Positions 50,599 to 60,291 of a stretch of 64,000 nt of DNA are shown here, in pieces. The position numbers and the translations under genes are program-made. Source of the DNA: Longimicrobiales bacterium (GTDB lineage Bacteria; Gemmatimonadota; Gemmatimonadetes; Longimicrobiales; Gaopeijiaceae); contig CAXXKM010000002.1 in the NCBI GenBank assembly GCA_963664435.2, forward strand, positions 64,001 through 128,000, read 5' to 3'. Numbering within the stretch: the first letter of the stretch is position 1; every line of letters starts with the position of its first letter. The notes beneath the pieces are model-generated. The model was not told the origin of the DNA and searched no databases. It saw nothing but the letters and a program-made list of their open reading frames with translations.

Positions 50599-52299
50599 AT
50601 GACCGAAGAGCCCGCGATCAAACCGAGAACTCCCGACCAGATCTTCCACATCCTGAGCGAGGACTTCCGCCGGCGCGTGGTGAAGCGCGCCCTGAAGCAC
50701 CGTTCCGGGTCCAAGGCGCTCCGGCGACAACGCGGGGCCGCCCTGCGGCGTCTCCGGGTGGACGGATACCGGGACGCCAGCCGCGCGCCCCGGCCGAAGC
50801 TCCTCCAGCCCGTGCTGGAGGCGATCAAACATCACGACCGGGACCTCGCGCGCGCCGTTCTCAATCATTGGGTGGACTCGCACGGCACGCTTCGCGATCA
50901 AGCCGCCGGGCACCTCGCAAGCCGGGGCACGCCCGTGCCCGAGCCACCGGACGCGTGCTTCGATGGCTTCTGGACGCGCGAGCAATGGCGGAGCGAACGG
51001 CAGGCACTGGCGGCGGCGGTCGACGAGGCCGTCGACCGCGACTCGGCCGGTCTGATGCTCTGTCTCCGCGCGCGCCGGTTCCCCGCGCCGCCGCCACTGG
51101 TGTCGCCGCTCTTCCGGGACTGGCTCGACATCCTGCAAGACCTCCCTCCCAACGCGCCCGAGTGGGAGGAAGCGGACGCCCTCATCAAATGGATGGAGGA
51201 CATCCGGCGCGAGAAGGAGCGCGAACTCATCGGCTGGTGCCGGGAGCAGATCGCGAGCCTTTGCCGCTCCCTTCAAGAGCGGTTCGGCGAGGAACTGCGC
51301 TACCTCGGGATCGACCCGGATCCCTGGCCCGGACTGGTCGAGAGTCGGCCCGCGCTGATCGGGTCGGCGCTTCCGTTGCTCATCTACTTGGAAGTCACCT
51401 TCGAGGAGTACGCGCCGATTCGTCCCCAAGCCGCCTCGCGAGCCGAGGAGCTTGAGCGGTCCCTGAAGCGCGGCGAATGCGAGGACGCCATTCTCGGAGC
51501 GGTCGATGCGTGGCGGGAGCGGGTTGCCCAGCCCGACCCGCCGGACGAGGACGCCACGGGGGAGATGGCCGACGCCGACAGGGCGCGTCCGGCCTCCGGG
51601 ACGGCGGACGGCACGGATGCGGAGACCGAACCTGCCTCCGGAGCGTCCGTGAAAGAGGACGATTCAACCCGGCGCGAGATCGAGGCCCTTCGTGAGGACC
51701 GCGAGCGCCTCGAAGCGGACAACCGAACGCTCCGGGAGGGGAAGGCGCTGGGAGACGAGGAGGCCGGACGGCTCCGGGAGGAGGTTGCGCGAAGCCGTAG
51801 GATGGAGGAGCACTGGCGGCGCGCCTACGTCGAGGAGCGCAGGCAGGCCCGGACGAATGAGCGTGAGCCGGTGGCCGCGGAGCCCGTGGGGAGCGTCCGC
51901 GAAGCCATCGCGCAGGCGCGGAAGATGTTCCCCGACAGGCTGCTCATCAAGCTCAACTCCCGATCGAACGAGGACACGCCGTTCGCGAATCCCACCGAGG
52001 TGTTCGACGCGCTGGCGTGGCTCGCCACGGCGTACCGGAACGGCCCGACCGACCGGATAGGGGAAACCTGCCCTGGCTGGTTCTACAAGTCGAACCAGTC
52101 GGCTGTCACGATGGGACGGTTCCCGGACTGGTACCGGACCAGTGTCAACGGAACGGCTTGGAAGCTGGCCGCCCACCTCGGCAAGGGGACCAGTCACGAC
52201 CCGCACCACACGATCCGGATCGCCTTCGCCTGGGACGAGCAGAACGAACGCGTCATCGTCGGGTTCGTCGGCCTGCACCAGAGGAACCGGGCCTCGTAG
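50599..52299 (+). CDS. Hypothetical protein: helical N-terminus, coiled coil, RelE-like C-terminal domain
   Basis: AAGGAGG RBS and ATG at 50599; coiled coil 'EIEALREDRERLEADN'; 'HLGKG...TIRIAFAWD...VIVGFVGLH'. Confidence 0.75.
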   Translation: MTEEPAIKPRTPDQIFHILSEDFRRRVVKRALKHRSGSKALRRQRGAALRRLRVDGYRDASRAPRPKLLQPVLEAIKHHDRDLARAVLNHWVDSHGTLRDQAAGHLASRGTPVPEPPDACFDGFWTREQWRSERQALAAAVDEAVDRDSAGLMLCLRARRFPAPPPLVSPLFRDWLDILQDLPPNAPEWEEADALIKWMEDIRREKERELIGWCREQIASLCRSLQERFGEELRYLGIDPDPWPGLVESRPALIGSALPLLIYLEVTFEEYAPIRPQAASRAEELERSLKRGECEDAILGAVDAWRERVAQPDPPDEDATGEMADADRARPASGTADGTDAETEPASGASVKEDDSTRREIEALREDRERLEADNRTLREGKALGDEEAGRLREEVARSRRMEEHWRRAYVEERRQARTNEREPVAAEPVGSVREAIAQARKMFPDRLLIKLNSRSNEDTPFANPTEVFDALAWLATAYRNGPTDRIGETCPGWFYKSNQSAVTMGRFPDWYRTSVNGTAWKLAAHLGKGTSHDPHHTIRIAFAWDEQNERVIVGFVGLHQRNRAS

Positions 52300-52525
52300 G
52301 TTGGAGCGGTGATCGATGGCTTCACGGCTCGGCTGCCGCGAGGCCTGTTTTGACCGCCGGAAGCCCGTGCCGATGCCGATCCACGAGTGTACATGGTGCT
52401 TTGCGGGTCGCCGGACACGAAATCGCGCCTGCGATGTACATGCTTCGGGTTCCATATGCTGCTGGCGCGCTTGCGGTTGCGTCACGGCTGGCGGGGCGCC
52501 GATGTCGATCCGCGCTCCTTGGACG

Positions 52526-52626
52526 TGGCTGGGAGAGACCCCCCACTTCGGCATGCCTCAATCGGCACCGGGGGGGATGGGGCCGGACACCCCATCCCCC
52601 CGCCGCTACGGGGTCTCTCCCAGCCA
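52526..52626. other. Nested perfect inverted repeats (17-bp and 12-bp stems)
   Basis: TGGCTGGGAGAGACCCC/GGGGTCTCTCCCAGCCA enclosing GGGGGGATGGGG/CCCCATCCCCCC. Confidence 0.9.
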
Positions 52627-52753
52627 GCAGTCCCCTTGTGGGGAAGGCGTTTGGCAGCCGTCGTCCACGCCCGCCTCGGATGTCTCGAAGCCGCCGAGGC
52701 GCTTTGGCCGGCCGGTCAGGGGCGCGTGGTGCTCTCGACCCGTCTCGTTGCGC

Positions 52754-53401
52754 TCAGCCGCGCGCCGCCTCCATGATCTCGGCCACATAGTCATCCAACC
52801 GGGCCATCACCTCGATCACTTCCGCCTTGCTCTCCGCAGTCGCGAGTTCCTTGGCCAGATCAAGCAGCAGACGGCGGACCGCAACCGGGTCGCCCGCCTG
52901 CGGCGGCGGCGCATCCTCGGGGGCAGTCTCTTCAACCGCTGGGACCTCCGGCTCCGGCGGCGTCTTGGGCTCGGGCGCGGCGGCCCTTGCGAGGCGCGCC
53001 TTCACTTGCAGGGGATACCTCGCGTGGAACTGCCGGGCCGAGAGCTCCGCAACGGAGGGGTCGATCTCGCGGGCACCCGCGAACAGGTCCGCGTTCGACA
53101 CGTTCGGGTCCACTTCGAGCGTCCGCTCCACGAACTCCATGACCGCGGCGCCATCGCCCGATGCCGCGGGCGCGGGGACAGGCTCCGGGACCGCTTTGCG
53201 CTGCCGCGCGGGCTGCCGCTGCTCCGCCATCCGCCGCGTCACCGGCAACCGATACCTGGCGTGAAACTGTTGCGGCCTAAGCTCCCCGATCGACTCGTCA
53301 ATCTCGCAGGCACCCGCGAACAGGGCGGCGTTCTTCACGCCGGGGTCCTTCCTCATTTCCTGTTCCACATACTGCATGACGGCATCATGCAAGCAGCCCA
53401 T
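52754..53401 (-). CDS. Hypothetical protein with a duplicated ~45-aa domain
   Basis: 'VM.(Y/F)VE....DP.V.NA.LFAGA.EID.S..EL...QFHARY.L.V' occurs twice. Confidence 0.8.
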   Translation of the reverse strand: MGCLHDAVMQYVEQEMRKDPGVKNAALFAGACEIDESIGELRPQQFHARYRLPVTRRMAEQRQPARQRKAVPEPVPAPAASGDGAAVMEFVERTLEVDPNVSNADLFAGAREIDPSVAELSARQFHARYPLQVKARLARAAAPEPKTPPEPEVPAVEETAPEDAPPPQAGDPVAVRRLLLDLAKELATAESKAEVIEVMARLDDYVAEIMEAARG

Positions 53402-53720
53402 GTCCGTTACCCTCTCTGGAGGCGGGTCCGCGTTCGCTGGATGCGGATGAGTCGGCGGTTATTCGACCAAGAATACTCGACGGGTGGTCGGGCAGGGTCA
53501 ATGTTCGCGGGCGTTTGCGAGCGGCTGCGCCGGTCACCTGAAATAGCGCCAGTGATGCGCCGGTGCCGGGAGGACGCTCTGCAACCTCACCGTCCGCGAC
53601 CGACGCCGGGTCGCCGCCCGAGACCGCTGGCGCCCCGAGGCGCAGCGCCGACAGGATCAGCAGCAGCCCGGCAGCGCCGAGGACGACGACCGCACCGACG
53701 CGCCACATCCGCTCGACCAT
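53385..53720 (-). CDS. Possible small membrane-anchored protein
   Basis: ATG 53720 followed by hydrophobic 'VGAVVVLGAAGLLLILSAL'. Confidence 0.35.
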   Translation of the reverse strand: MVERMWRVGAVVVLGAAGLLLILSALRLGAPAVSGGDPASVADGEVAERPPGTGASLALFQVTGAAARKRPRTLTLPDHPSSILGRITADSSASSERGPASREGNGHGLLA

Positions 53721-54065
53721 CACCCCGCCGACTCCCCAACCAGAGACGTCATCCGATCCGGCCAGTCGGCGGGGTAGATCTTCGCCTTCCCGCAGGGATA
53801 ATCCTTGGGGGAGCGACCCCGGGAGGGGGCGGGGACGAGCGTGCGAAAACGCGCACGGCCCCGCGCCCGAACCGGGCACCTGTGCCCCTGGGGTCGCTAC
53901 CCTCCACGCCCCAAGCCGCTCCTGTGCCACGGCCGACCGCGCGGCGAAGCTGCAAGACGTTGCCGCGCCACCGGATATGCAAGCCGGTCGGTGCGCATCA
54001 CGGGAGCGCCAAAATGTGCATTGACCCCCATTGTCTCTTGCACACCTCCGGTACGGCCCCGGACA

Positions 54066-55901
54066 TCAGGTCTCCCAGTAGAATCGAGCCCACGCCAGCC
54101 GATCCGTCATCCATGTGTCGACGCGTTCGGTCAGCCCCCGGCCCGCACGCCTGCGCGCACGATCCTCAAGGACGATGGCGCGCTCCAAGGCGGCCTGCAA
54201 GCCGCTGTATTCGTCGAGGGTGCGGACATCCCCCCCGAGGATGGCTTGCTCGATCCGGGCGAGGTCGCGCCGGGTCTCCTCGTCGATTTCGGACGGGCGC
54301 GGATACCGCGACCAGTTGGCCAGCACCCTGCTCGTCCTACCGTACTCCTTCCATCGCCGGACGACCGCCACCACTTCGATCTTGACGCCCAGGTCCCAGA
54401 GCGCCTTCCAGAGGTCGCCGTGCTTCGCACCGCACGAACGGAGCGCGTCGTCTTCGTCTACGCCGAGCCGGGGGTCTCGACAGCTGCCTTCACCGCCTCG
54501 TCGAGATGAGGGCTCTGCATTGATTCCGGCCTGTCCGGCGGAAGGATCCACGGCTATCGGTATGGCGTTCGAGCCGGTTTCGAAGGGACGGATCCTGACC
54601 GCCGATCGGTCGGGGTCGGTGGCATACCGCGCGTGCACATCGACATTGAGGTGCATGTGCACAGAATCGCCGCCTCCATGTGCGCGGCAGCGGTGCCGCA
54701 TGTCGCTGCCCGCGTTGCGGTTGTACCCTGCCCGCACGAACGGCGGTGCCGTTCCGGAGAGTGCGGTCGTGGCGGGAGCGACCCTGCCCTTCGGGTGCCT
54801 GGTACGGCACGGCGACGGCCGGGATGTGCGCTGCCATCCCAACCCCGCCTGGGGTCGCCCGGTCCATCCATCCCGTGCGGGAAGCCCAACGGCCAGCCGG
54901 GACGGGCGCATCCCGGATCCTTGCTTGGCCATACGCGAGCGCCGGACAACTCGTCGGCGGCAGTTCCGGGGACGGCCTCCGCGCCGTCTATGTGGAGGAG
55001 CGCCAAGGGGTGCCCGAAGGCTTCTCCGAGGCGAAAGATGAAGCGTGCGCCGCGGCTCATCGTCCGAACGTGAGACCCGCCGCGAGGGTGGGGGAGGTCT
55101 CCCCGGCGTCGTCTTCGACGGCGCCCACGCCCTGCCGGACGGACGAATCACACGGCGCGTCCAACGGCAACTCCGCGCCGTTTGCCGTCGGGGGTTAGAG
55201 GGGGCACGGCCCCCCGCCAGCCTCTCCTGGGGCACGCGGAGTGTGGCCACGGGGAGTATGCTGGCTTGTCGCCATAACAGCGCCCGACGACCCCGTCGGC
55301 GGCTGCCGCCAATACAGTGACGGCGCACCACCGCAAGCGCTCCGGGGAGCCCGTTCAGACGGGCCTCGCGAAGCGCGGCCAACGGTGGGATGGTGGCCAG
55401 CAATGCTGCGCCATCCATGTACGCCCGAAGCCAAAGCGGCGACCGATCCCGCCAGCCGCGCCCCGGTAGACCCGGACGGGCAGCAGGGAGCGGTGGATGC
55501 CGAGCGCCTCGAAGGCGCTCACCTTCTCCGACTCGGTCGGAAGCCAGGGCAGGCCCGGATGCTCGATCACGTAGTCGAACGAGAGCAGGCGGCGAACGAC
55601 CACCTCGGTCGAGGTGATTCTGCGGTGGCGGACGTCCTCGGCACCGAGCGCCCGGTAGATGCCGCGCGCGCAGACCCGGCAGACCTTCAGGCCCCGGACC
55701 GTCTCCTCGGCCACCAGCCTTCGCTCCGTCAGGGCCTGCACGAGCCGGAGCACCTTGAAGCGGCTGGCCCCGAGCCAATCCGAAAGCTGCGCGCGGGTGA
55801 ACACGCCGCCGTGCAGGCTCGCCAGCGCGATCCACTCGGCCCGTTCACCCGTCAGGCCGAAGGGCTCAAGCGCCCGTTCCCGTTCCTTCAGATGGGCGAT
55901 C
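54066..55901 (-). pseudogene. Disrupted wHTH / replication-relaxation-like gene
   Basis: N-part MIAHLKERE...GGVFTRAQL...RRLLSFDYVIEH...YRGAAG (55901 to ~55450); C-part ALRSCGAKHGDLWKAL...RFYWET (~54445-54066); about 1 kb of unrelated sequence between. Confidence 0.55.
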
Positions 55902-56586
55902 ATCGGCGGTTTCCCTCTTCCGAGCCTTCTCGGCTCGGCGAACCGCCGCGACCCGGAACGCACCGACATTGGGGGACGCTCCTCGGCCAGGCTCTTCATG
56001 CAGGTGGACCCGAACACGGTGCCGGCAAGCCGCGCAAGAGAGTAGGAAGTCGGATATTTCCCACGTCTCGACGGGGCAACGGGTTGCCGGATCCGGGTTG
56101 GGCCACGCGTCGCCAGTGGCCACTCGATGCGTGCTCTGCATCCCCGCGGAGGAGTTCCCTCGTCTGCACGTCGAACCTGTGTTTCAGCGTCTCCATCCCC
56201 GAACGGTGAAGGGTCGCTGGCAGGCGAGTCAACTCGCGGATAATCGCCTATTGTCCGATAACGTTCGAGGATGTTCGATAACGTAAAGCAGTCGAAGGTC
56301 GGTGCCGCCAGCAGCGTGGAAAACGCCCCCACGCCCGGTATCGGAGCGGAACCCGCGCCCTGGGATTCGGCCATTGTTGCTTGCAAGTGCCCGTGACGAC
56401 GGATTCCGTGCGGTCAACTGCTCTCGACCACTGCCGATAAACCCCCTTGGTGTGAGGGGAAATTCCCTCGCAAGTGGGGTGTCGGGCACTCTATTCGGCT
56501 CGGTGGCAATGGCCCAACGTTGTTGCGTCAATTGGCCGCGGTTCTTCGCGGCCTTCACAACCAACCCTCAGAACAGGAGGATTCCA

Positions 56587-56874
56587 ATGATGAGGGCACT
56601 TTCCTTCCTGGCACTGGCCGCGCTCTTCGTGACGGGTGTGGCCGTGGGCGGGACCGTCGGGCCTGTGCCCGCCTACGCGCAGTCCGCCGAGACCTGCGAG
56701 CAGGACGAGTGCGATCCGGCTCCCTGGTGGCAGTTCTGGACCAGTGACCAGTACGTCATGAACGCTGGCTACAACACTGGTTGCGACTGGATCGGCGACG
56801 GTGAGTGTGCCACCTACTCCTGCGGTCAGGCCTTGCCTGGCGGCGGCAACGGCGGCGAAGAGGACGACGATTAG
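56587..56874 (+). CDS. Secreted Cys-rich peptide (95 aa)
   Basis: AGGAGG RBS; Sec signal ending 'AYA-Q'; mature part has 5 Cys and a Gly/acidic tail. Confidence 0.85.
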   Translation: MMRALSFLALAALFVTGVAVGGTVGPVPAYAQSAETCEQDECDPAPWWQFWTSDQYVMNAGYNTGCDWIGDGECATYSCGQALPGGGNGGEEDDD

Positions 56875-56882
56875 GGTCCGCC

Positions 56883-56932
56883 TCGAATCAGGGGGAGGCG
56901 GGCGCGGGCTGGCCTGCTGCCCCCTGATTCGA
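56883..56932 (+). terminator. Strong stem-loop after the peptide gene (attenuator/stabiliser, no U-tract)
   Basis: TCGAATCAGGGGG/CCCCCTGATTCGA 13-bp perfect stem. Confidence 0.65.
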
Positions 56933-56973
56933 CCGCGCTCTAGGGAGGAACAAAGGATGAAAGGAGACAATGG

Positions 56974-59298
56974 ATGATCAGCATAGCCGCAACAGTGTTA
57001 GCCGTAGCCGTGCAACAGGCGGCGGTGACCGGAGTGGTCCGTGACAGCACGGACTTGGAGCCGGTCGCTTTCGCGCGGGTGACGGTCGAGATCACGGAGG
57101 TTCCACCAACGGAAACGGTCACCGACAGATTCGGTGCCTTCGCGATAGCGGGACTCGATGCTAGCGATGCCGTCGGCATCGTCACCGTGGAGGCTTTTGG
57201 ATATGCGCCCTGGCGAATGGAATTGGGGCAGGCTTTGGACGGGGAACTCACGATCCTGCTTCAACCGCAGCCGATCGCGCTTGAGGAGATTCGCATCAAT
57301 GCACGTCGGGCGGCCGACCCCTTGTCGTCATCTCCGGGAGCCTTCGTGGTCGACCGGGAACTGGTGCGCGCACAGCCCGTCATACTGGAGACAGACGTAC
57401 TCCGCGCCACGTCCCTTTCCCCCGCCGCATCACCGGCGTCCGACTGGGTGGCGGCACCGTTCATTCGGGGCGGAGTGAGCGAGGGCACGCCGGTCTTCCT
57501 GGACGGAGTGCGGCTTTTCAATCCGTTCCATGTCGGGGGATTCGTGGCGGCGCTCAACGCCGAGGCCGTCAATCGCGTGACGTTGCTCACGGGATCGTCG
57601 AGCGAAGCGCTGGCGGTGGGGTCGCTCTCTGGCGCCATCGACGTGGCCACTCGGGATGGATCGCGGGACAGCTTCCGCTCGAGCGGCTCATTGGGGATCG
57701 CTTCGCTGCGTATGTCCGCCGAGGGACCGGTGGGAGGGTCGGCGTCGTTCCTCGTGGACGCCAGACGCTCGTACATCGACCTCCTCACCGCGGGGCTGGG
57801 AGCGGTTATGGACAACCCCACGGTGCCATACTCCTTCGGCGACGTTCATGGAAAGTTCACGAAGGACCTCGGGGGCGTCCGCCGACTCTCGTTGACGGGC
57901 TACTGGAACGACGAAGGTCTCGATTCGAGGCCCCAAGACATCCCCGAGGGAGACGCGGCGCTCGGACGCGCCTCACGGGCGACCTGGGGGAACATGGCGC
58001 TGGCCGCGCACTACCGGGACCGACTCGGCTCGGCCACCCTGATCGACTTGAGCGTCGGGCACAGCCGGTTCTCGGGCGACTACACGGTGTTTCGGGGAAA
58101 GGCGATGGACGCCGACACTTCCTCGATCGTCCGTGGCATGATGGGCGAGTACCGGGCCGAAGTGCGCCTCAGGCAACAGTCCGGCAAGCTGACGCTCGAC
58201 GGAGGCTTGCAGGCGACCCGTTTCGAGGCGGCTCACAGCGCGGTCGGCAGGGAGTGGGACGGCAGCGACCCATACGACCTCTTCGAGGCGTTCGATCTCT
58301 CGCCCGCGTCGACGAGGGTCGCTGCATTCGGCAGCGCGAAGGCAACCCTGGGCGGCGGGTTTGCGGTTGGAGGGGGCCTTCGCGCCGACCACTTCTTTGG
58401 CGTCGAGGGGGCGCTGTCGCCCTTCGCGGAGGTGTCGTACCAACGGCCCCGGTGGAAGGCTTGGCTCTCCTCCAGCAGGTCACATCAGGCGCTGTCGTCG
58501 ATCCGCAGCGAAGAACCGGTGTCGTCGAGCTATCTGGCGTACGACCTCCTGGCTCCGGTCCAGGAGGGTCCGCTTCTAAGGAACTCGGAAGTGTCCGGTG
58601 GCTGGGAGGGCGGCACCCACGGCGTGCGCGTTCGGGTGGAGGCCTTCGCCCGGCGGATGGACAATCTCCGCCTTCCCGCCCTGAACAACAATCCCATCGA
58701 GTCACTCATGCTCGTCGAGCCGTCCAAGCGCGAGCTGGGAAGCGGCACGGCCAAGGGGCTGGAGTCCACCTGGAGCTGGTCTCCGGCCAGCGGCGGGGCA
58801 ACCGTGGTCGGCAGCTACCGTTGGGCCAAAGTGACCAGAACTGTTGGTAGCCGCACCTATACGCCGAGGTTTCACAGAGATCACGAAGGCGAGTTGAGTG
58901 CGAGCCTGCAACGTGGCGGTTCGACCTGGTCGGTGCGCTTTTCGGCGCGCAGCGGACAGCCGACGACGCCCATCGTGGCCTTCTTGCCGTTCGTCGCCTA
59001 CCTGTCCCCCGACGCGCGGTTGGGCGGTCTCTACGACGATGTCCTGAACTTCGCCGGAGAGTACAACTCCGCGACGCTGCCGCCCTACCTGCGGATCGAT
59101 GTGGGCTGGCGGGGCTCGAAGGACGTGGACTGGTTCGGCGGCGGCACGCTGACGCCCTTCGCTTCCATCGCCAATCTCTTCAGCCTACCCAACGTCGTTG
59201 GCGTCGCGCCGGAGCAGCGCACCGACGGCGTGACTGAGCGCGTGTACGCCCCACAGCTACCAATGGTCCCGTTCCTGGGCCTCGAATTCCGGTTCTAG
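56974..59298 (+). CDS. TonB-dependent receptor with N-terminal carboxypeptidase-regulatory-like domain
   Basis: 'VTGVVRD', plug 'IRGG...VFLDGV.LFNPFH.GG', 'LPPYLRID' and terminal 'LEFRF'. Confidence 0.9.
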   Translation: MISIAATVLAVAVQQAAVTGVVRDSTDLEPVAFARVTVEITEVPPTETVTDRFGAFAIAGLDASDAVGIVTVEAFGYAPWRMELGQALDGELTILLQPQPIALEEIRINARRAADPLSSSPGAFVVDRELVRAQPVILETDVLRATSLSPAASPASDWVAAPFIRGGVSEGTPVFLDGVRLFNPFHVGGFVAALNAEAVNRVTLLTGSSSEALAVGSLSGAIDVATRDGSRDSFRSSGSLGIASLRMSAEGPVGGSASFLVDARRSYIDLLTAGLGAVMDNPTVPYSFGDVHGKFTKDLGGVRRLSLTGYWNDEGLDSRPQDIPEGDAALGRASRATWGNMALAAHYRDRLGSATLIDLSVGHSRFSGDYTVFRGKAMDADTSSIVRGMMGEYRAEVRLRQQSGKLTLDGGLQATRFEAAHSAVGREWDGSDPYDLFEAFDLSPASTRVAAFGSAKATLGGGFAVGGGLRADHFFGVEGALSPFAEVSYQRPRWKAWLSSSRSHQALSSIRSEEPVSSSYLAYDLLAPVQEGPLLRNSEVSGGWEGGTHGVRVRVEAFARRMDNLRLPALNNNPIESLMLVEPSKRELGSGTAKGLESTWSWSPASGGATVVGSYRWAKVTRTVGSRTYTPRFHRDHEGELSASLQRGGSTWSVRFSARSGQPTTPIVAFLPFVAYLSPDARLGGLYDDVLNFAGEYNSATLPPYLRIDVGWRGSKDVDWFGGGTLTPFASIANLFSLPNVVGVAPEQRTDGVTERVYAPQLPMVPFLGLEFRF

Positions 59299-59331
59299 GG
59301 ATCACCATACGATTTGAGAAAGGATCTCGTC

Positions 59332-60291
59332 ATGTATGACAATTCGGAAGGAAAAACTCGGCACCACGGGGCCAACCGCCGTGGGCGGGCCGCGCCAAGG
59401 CTCATCGCCGCATTGACGGCGCTTGGCGGCCTGGCCGCCGGCGCGTGCGACTACACGCACCCGACGGAAGTCTTCGTCCCCGACGAAAACGCCATAGCGA
59501 TCGCCGCCGTGATCAGTGCGGGGTTCGACACCGCCACGTTGCTTGCCACCTACCCACACCGCGACACCTTGGGAGATCCACCGGTGGTCGGTGCCCAGCT
59601 GTCCGGTCCGGGATGGACGGCCACCTTTGTCCAGGATGCCGATTCGCATACGCCAAAGGGGCTTTGGGCGTGCGGTCTGATATCCGGGTCGGTGGCCTGG
59701 AAGGGGCCTGTATCCTGCTTGCGTGCCCAGCTTCCAGAGCCAATCGAGGTTGGTGTCCAGTACACCCTTTCGGGTACTACGGAACTCGGCGGCTTCTCAG
59801 GAACTGCCGCCGTTCCGGTCGCTCCCGTGCTTGTCGAGCCATCCGTGCAGTTCGTTGCCGCGCCAACCGCTGACACCTTCGGCGTTGATGTGCGATACGA
59901 GACCCCCGCCGGGGTGGAGTTCATCGTGGCGGAGGCCGCCAATGTCGTGCAGGTCGTCGTGGACAGCGCGGGCAACGTGAGCGAGGAGCCCCGATGGATC
60001 AAGCACCTCGTCCCCAGGGAGCTGAACCCGGCAGCTGAGCACGCCCGCATCATCGTCAGGGGGTATGACGCCAGTTCGCCTCAGAATGTCTGGCGGCCTC
60101 CCGAATTCCGCCTCGACCTCCACCTCGTCGGCTTCGACGAGAACTTCGCCCGCTTCGCCCGGCTCCGTTACGACCGCTTGGTGATCCAGCCGTGGCCCAG
60201 CTTCGGGCTCAGCGGCGACGAAGGCATCTTCGGCTACTTCGGAGCCGCGTCCCGTTCAAACCCAGTTCAAGTGATTGTGAGGCCACAATGA
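59332..60291 (+). CDS. DUF4249-like lipoprotein (TBDR partner)
   Basis: Lipobox 'AGAC'; C-terminal 'GIFGYFGAAS'. Confidence 0.6.
   Translation: MYDNSEGKTRHHGANRRGRAAPRLIAALTALGGLAAGACDYTHPTEVFVPDENAIAIAAVISAGFDTATLLATYPHRDTLGDPPVVGAQLSGPGWTATFVQDADSHTPKGLWACGLISGSVAWKGPVSCLRAQLPEPIEVGVQYTLSGTTELGGFSGTAAVPVAPVLVEPSVQFVAAPTADTFGVDVRYETPAGVEFIVAEAANVVQVVVDSAGNVSEEPRWIKHLVPRELNPAAEHARIIVRGYDASSPQNVWRPPEFRLDLHLVGFDENFARFARLRYDRLVIQPWPSFGLSGDEGIFGYFGAASRSNPVQVIVRPQ

Noticed and set aside
49926..50828. 300-aa N-terminal extension of the integrase
   Set aside because: Low-complexity, overlaps an opposite-strand gene, and an RBS sits just before ATG 49922/49925.
55190..55340. oriT/nic site
   Set aside because: GC hairpins are present but there is no convincing match to a nic consensus I can support.
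54066..55835. Single intact 589-aa gene
   Set aside because: Only the last ~125 aa look protein-like; the matching N-terminus is in another frame.
56587..56874. Sactipeptide/ranthipeptide or lanthipeptide precursor
   Set aside because: It has a Sec signal and no modifying enzyme or peptidase-ABC exporter in the window.
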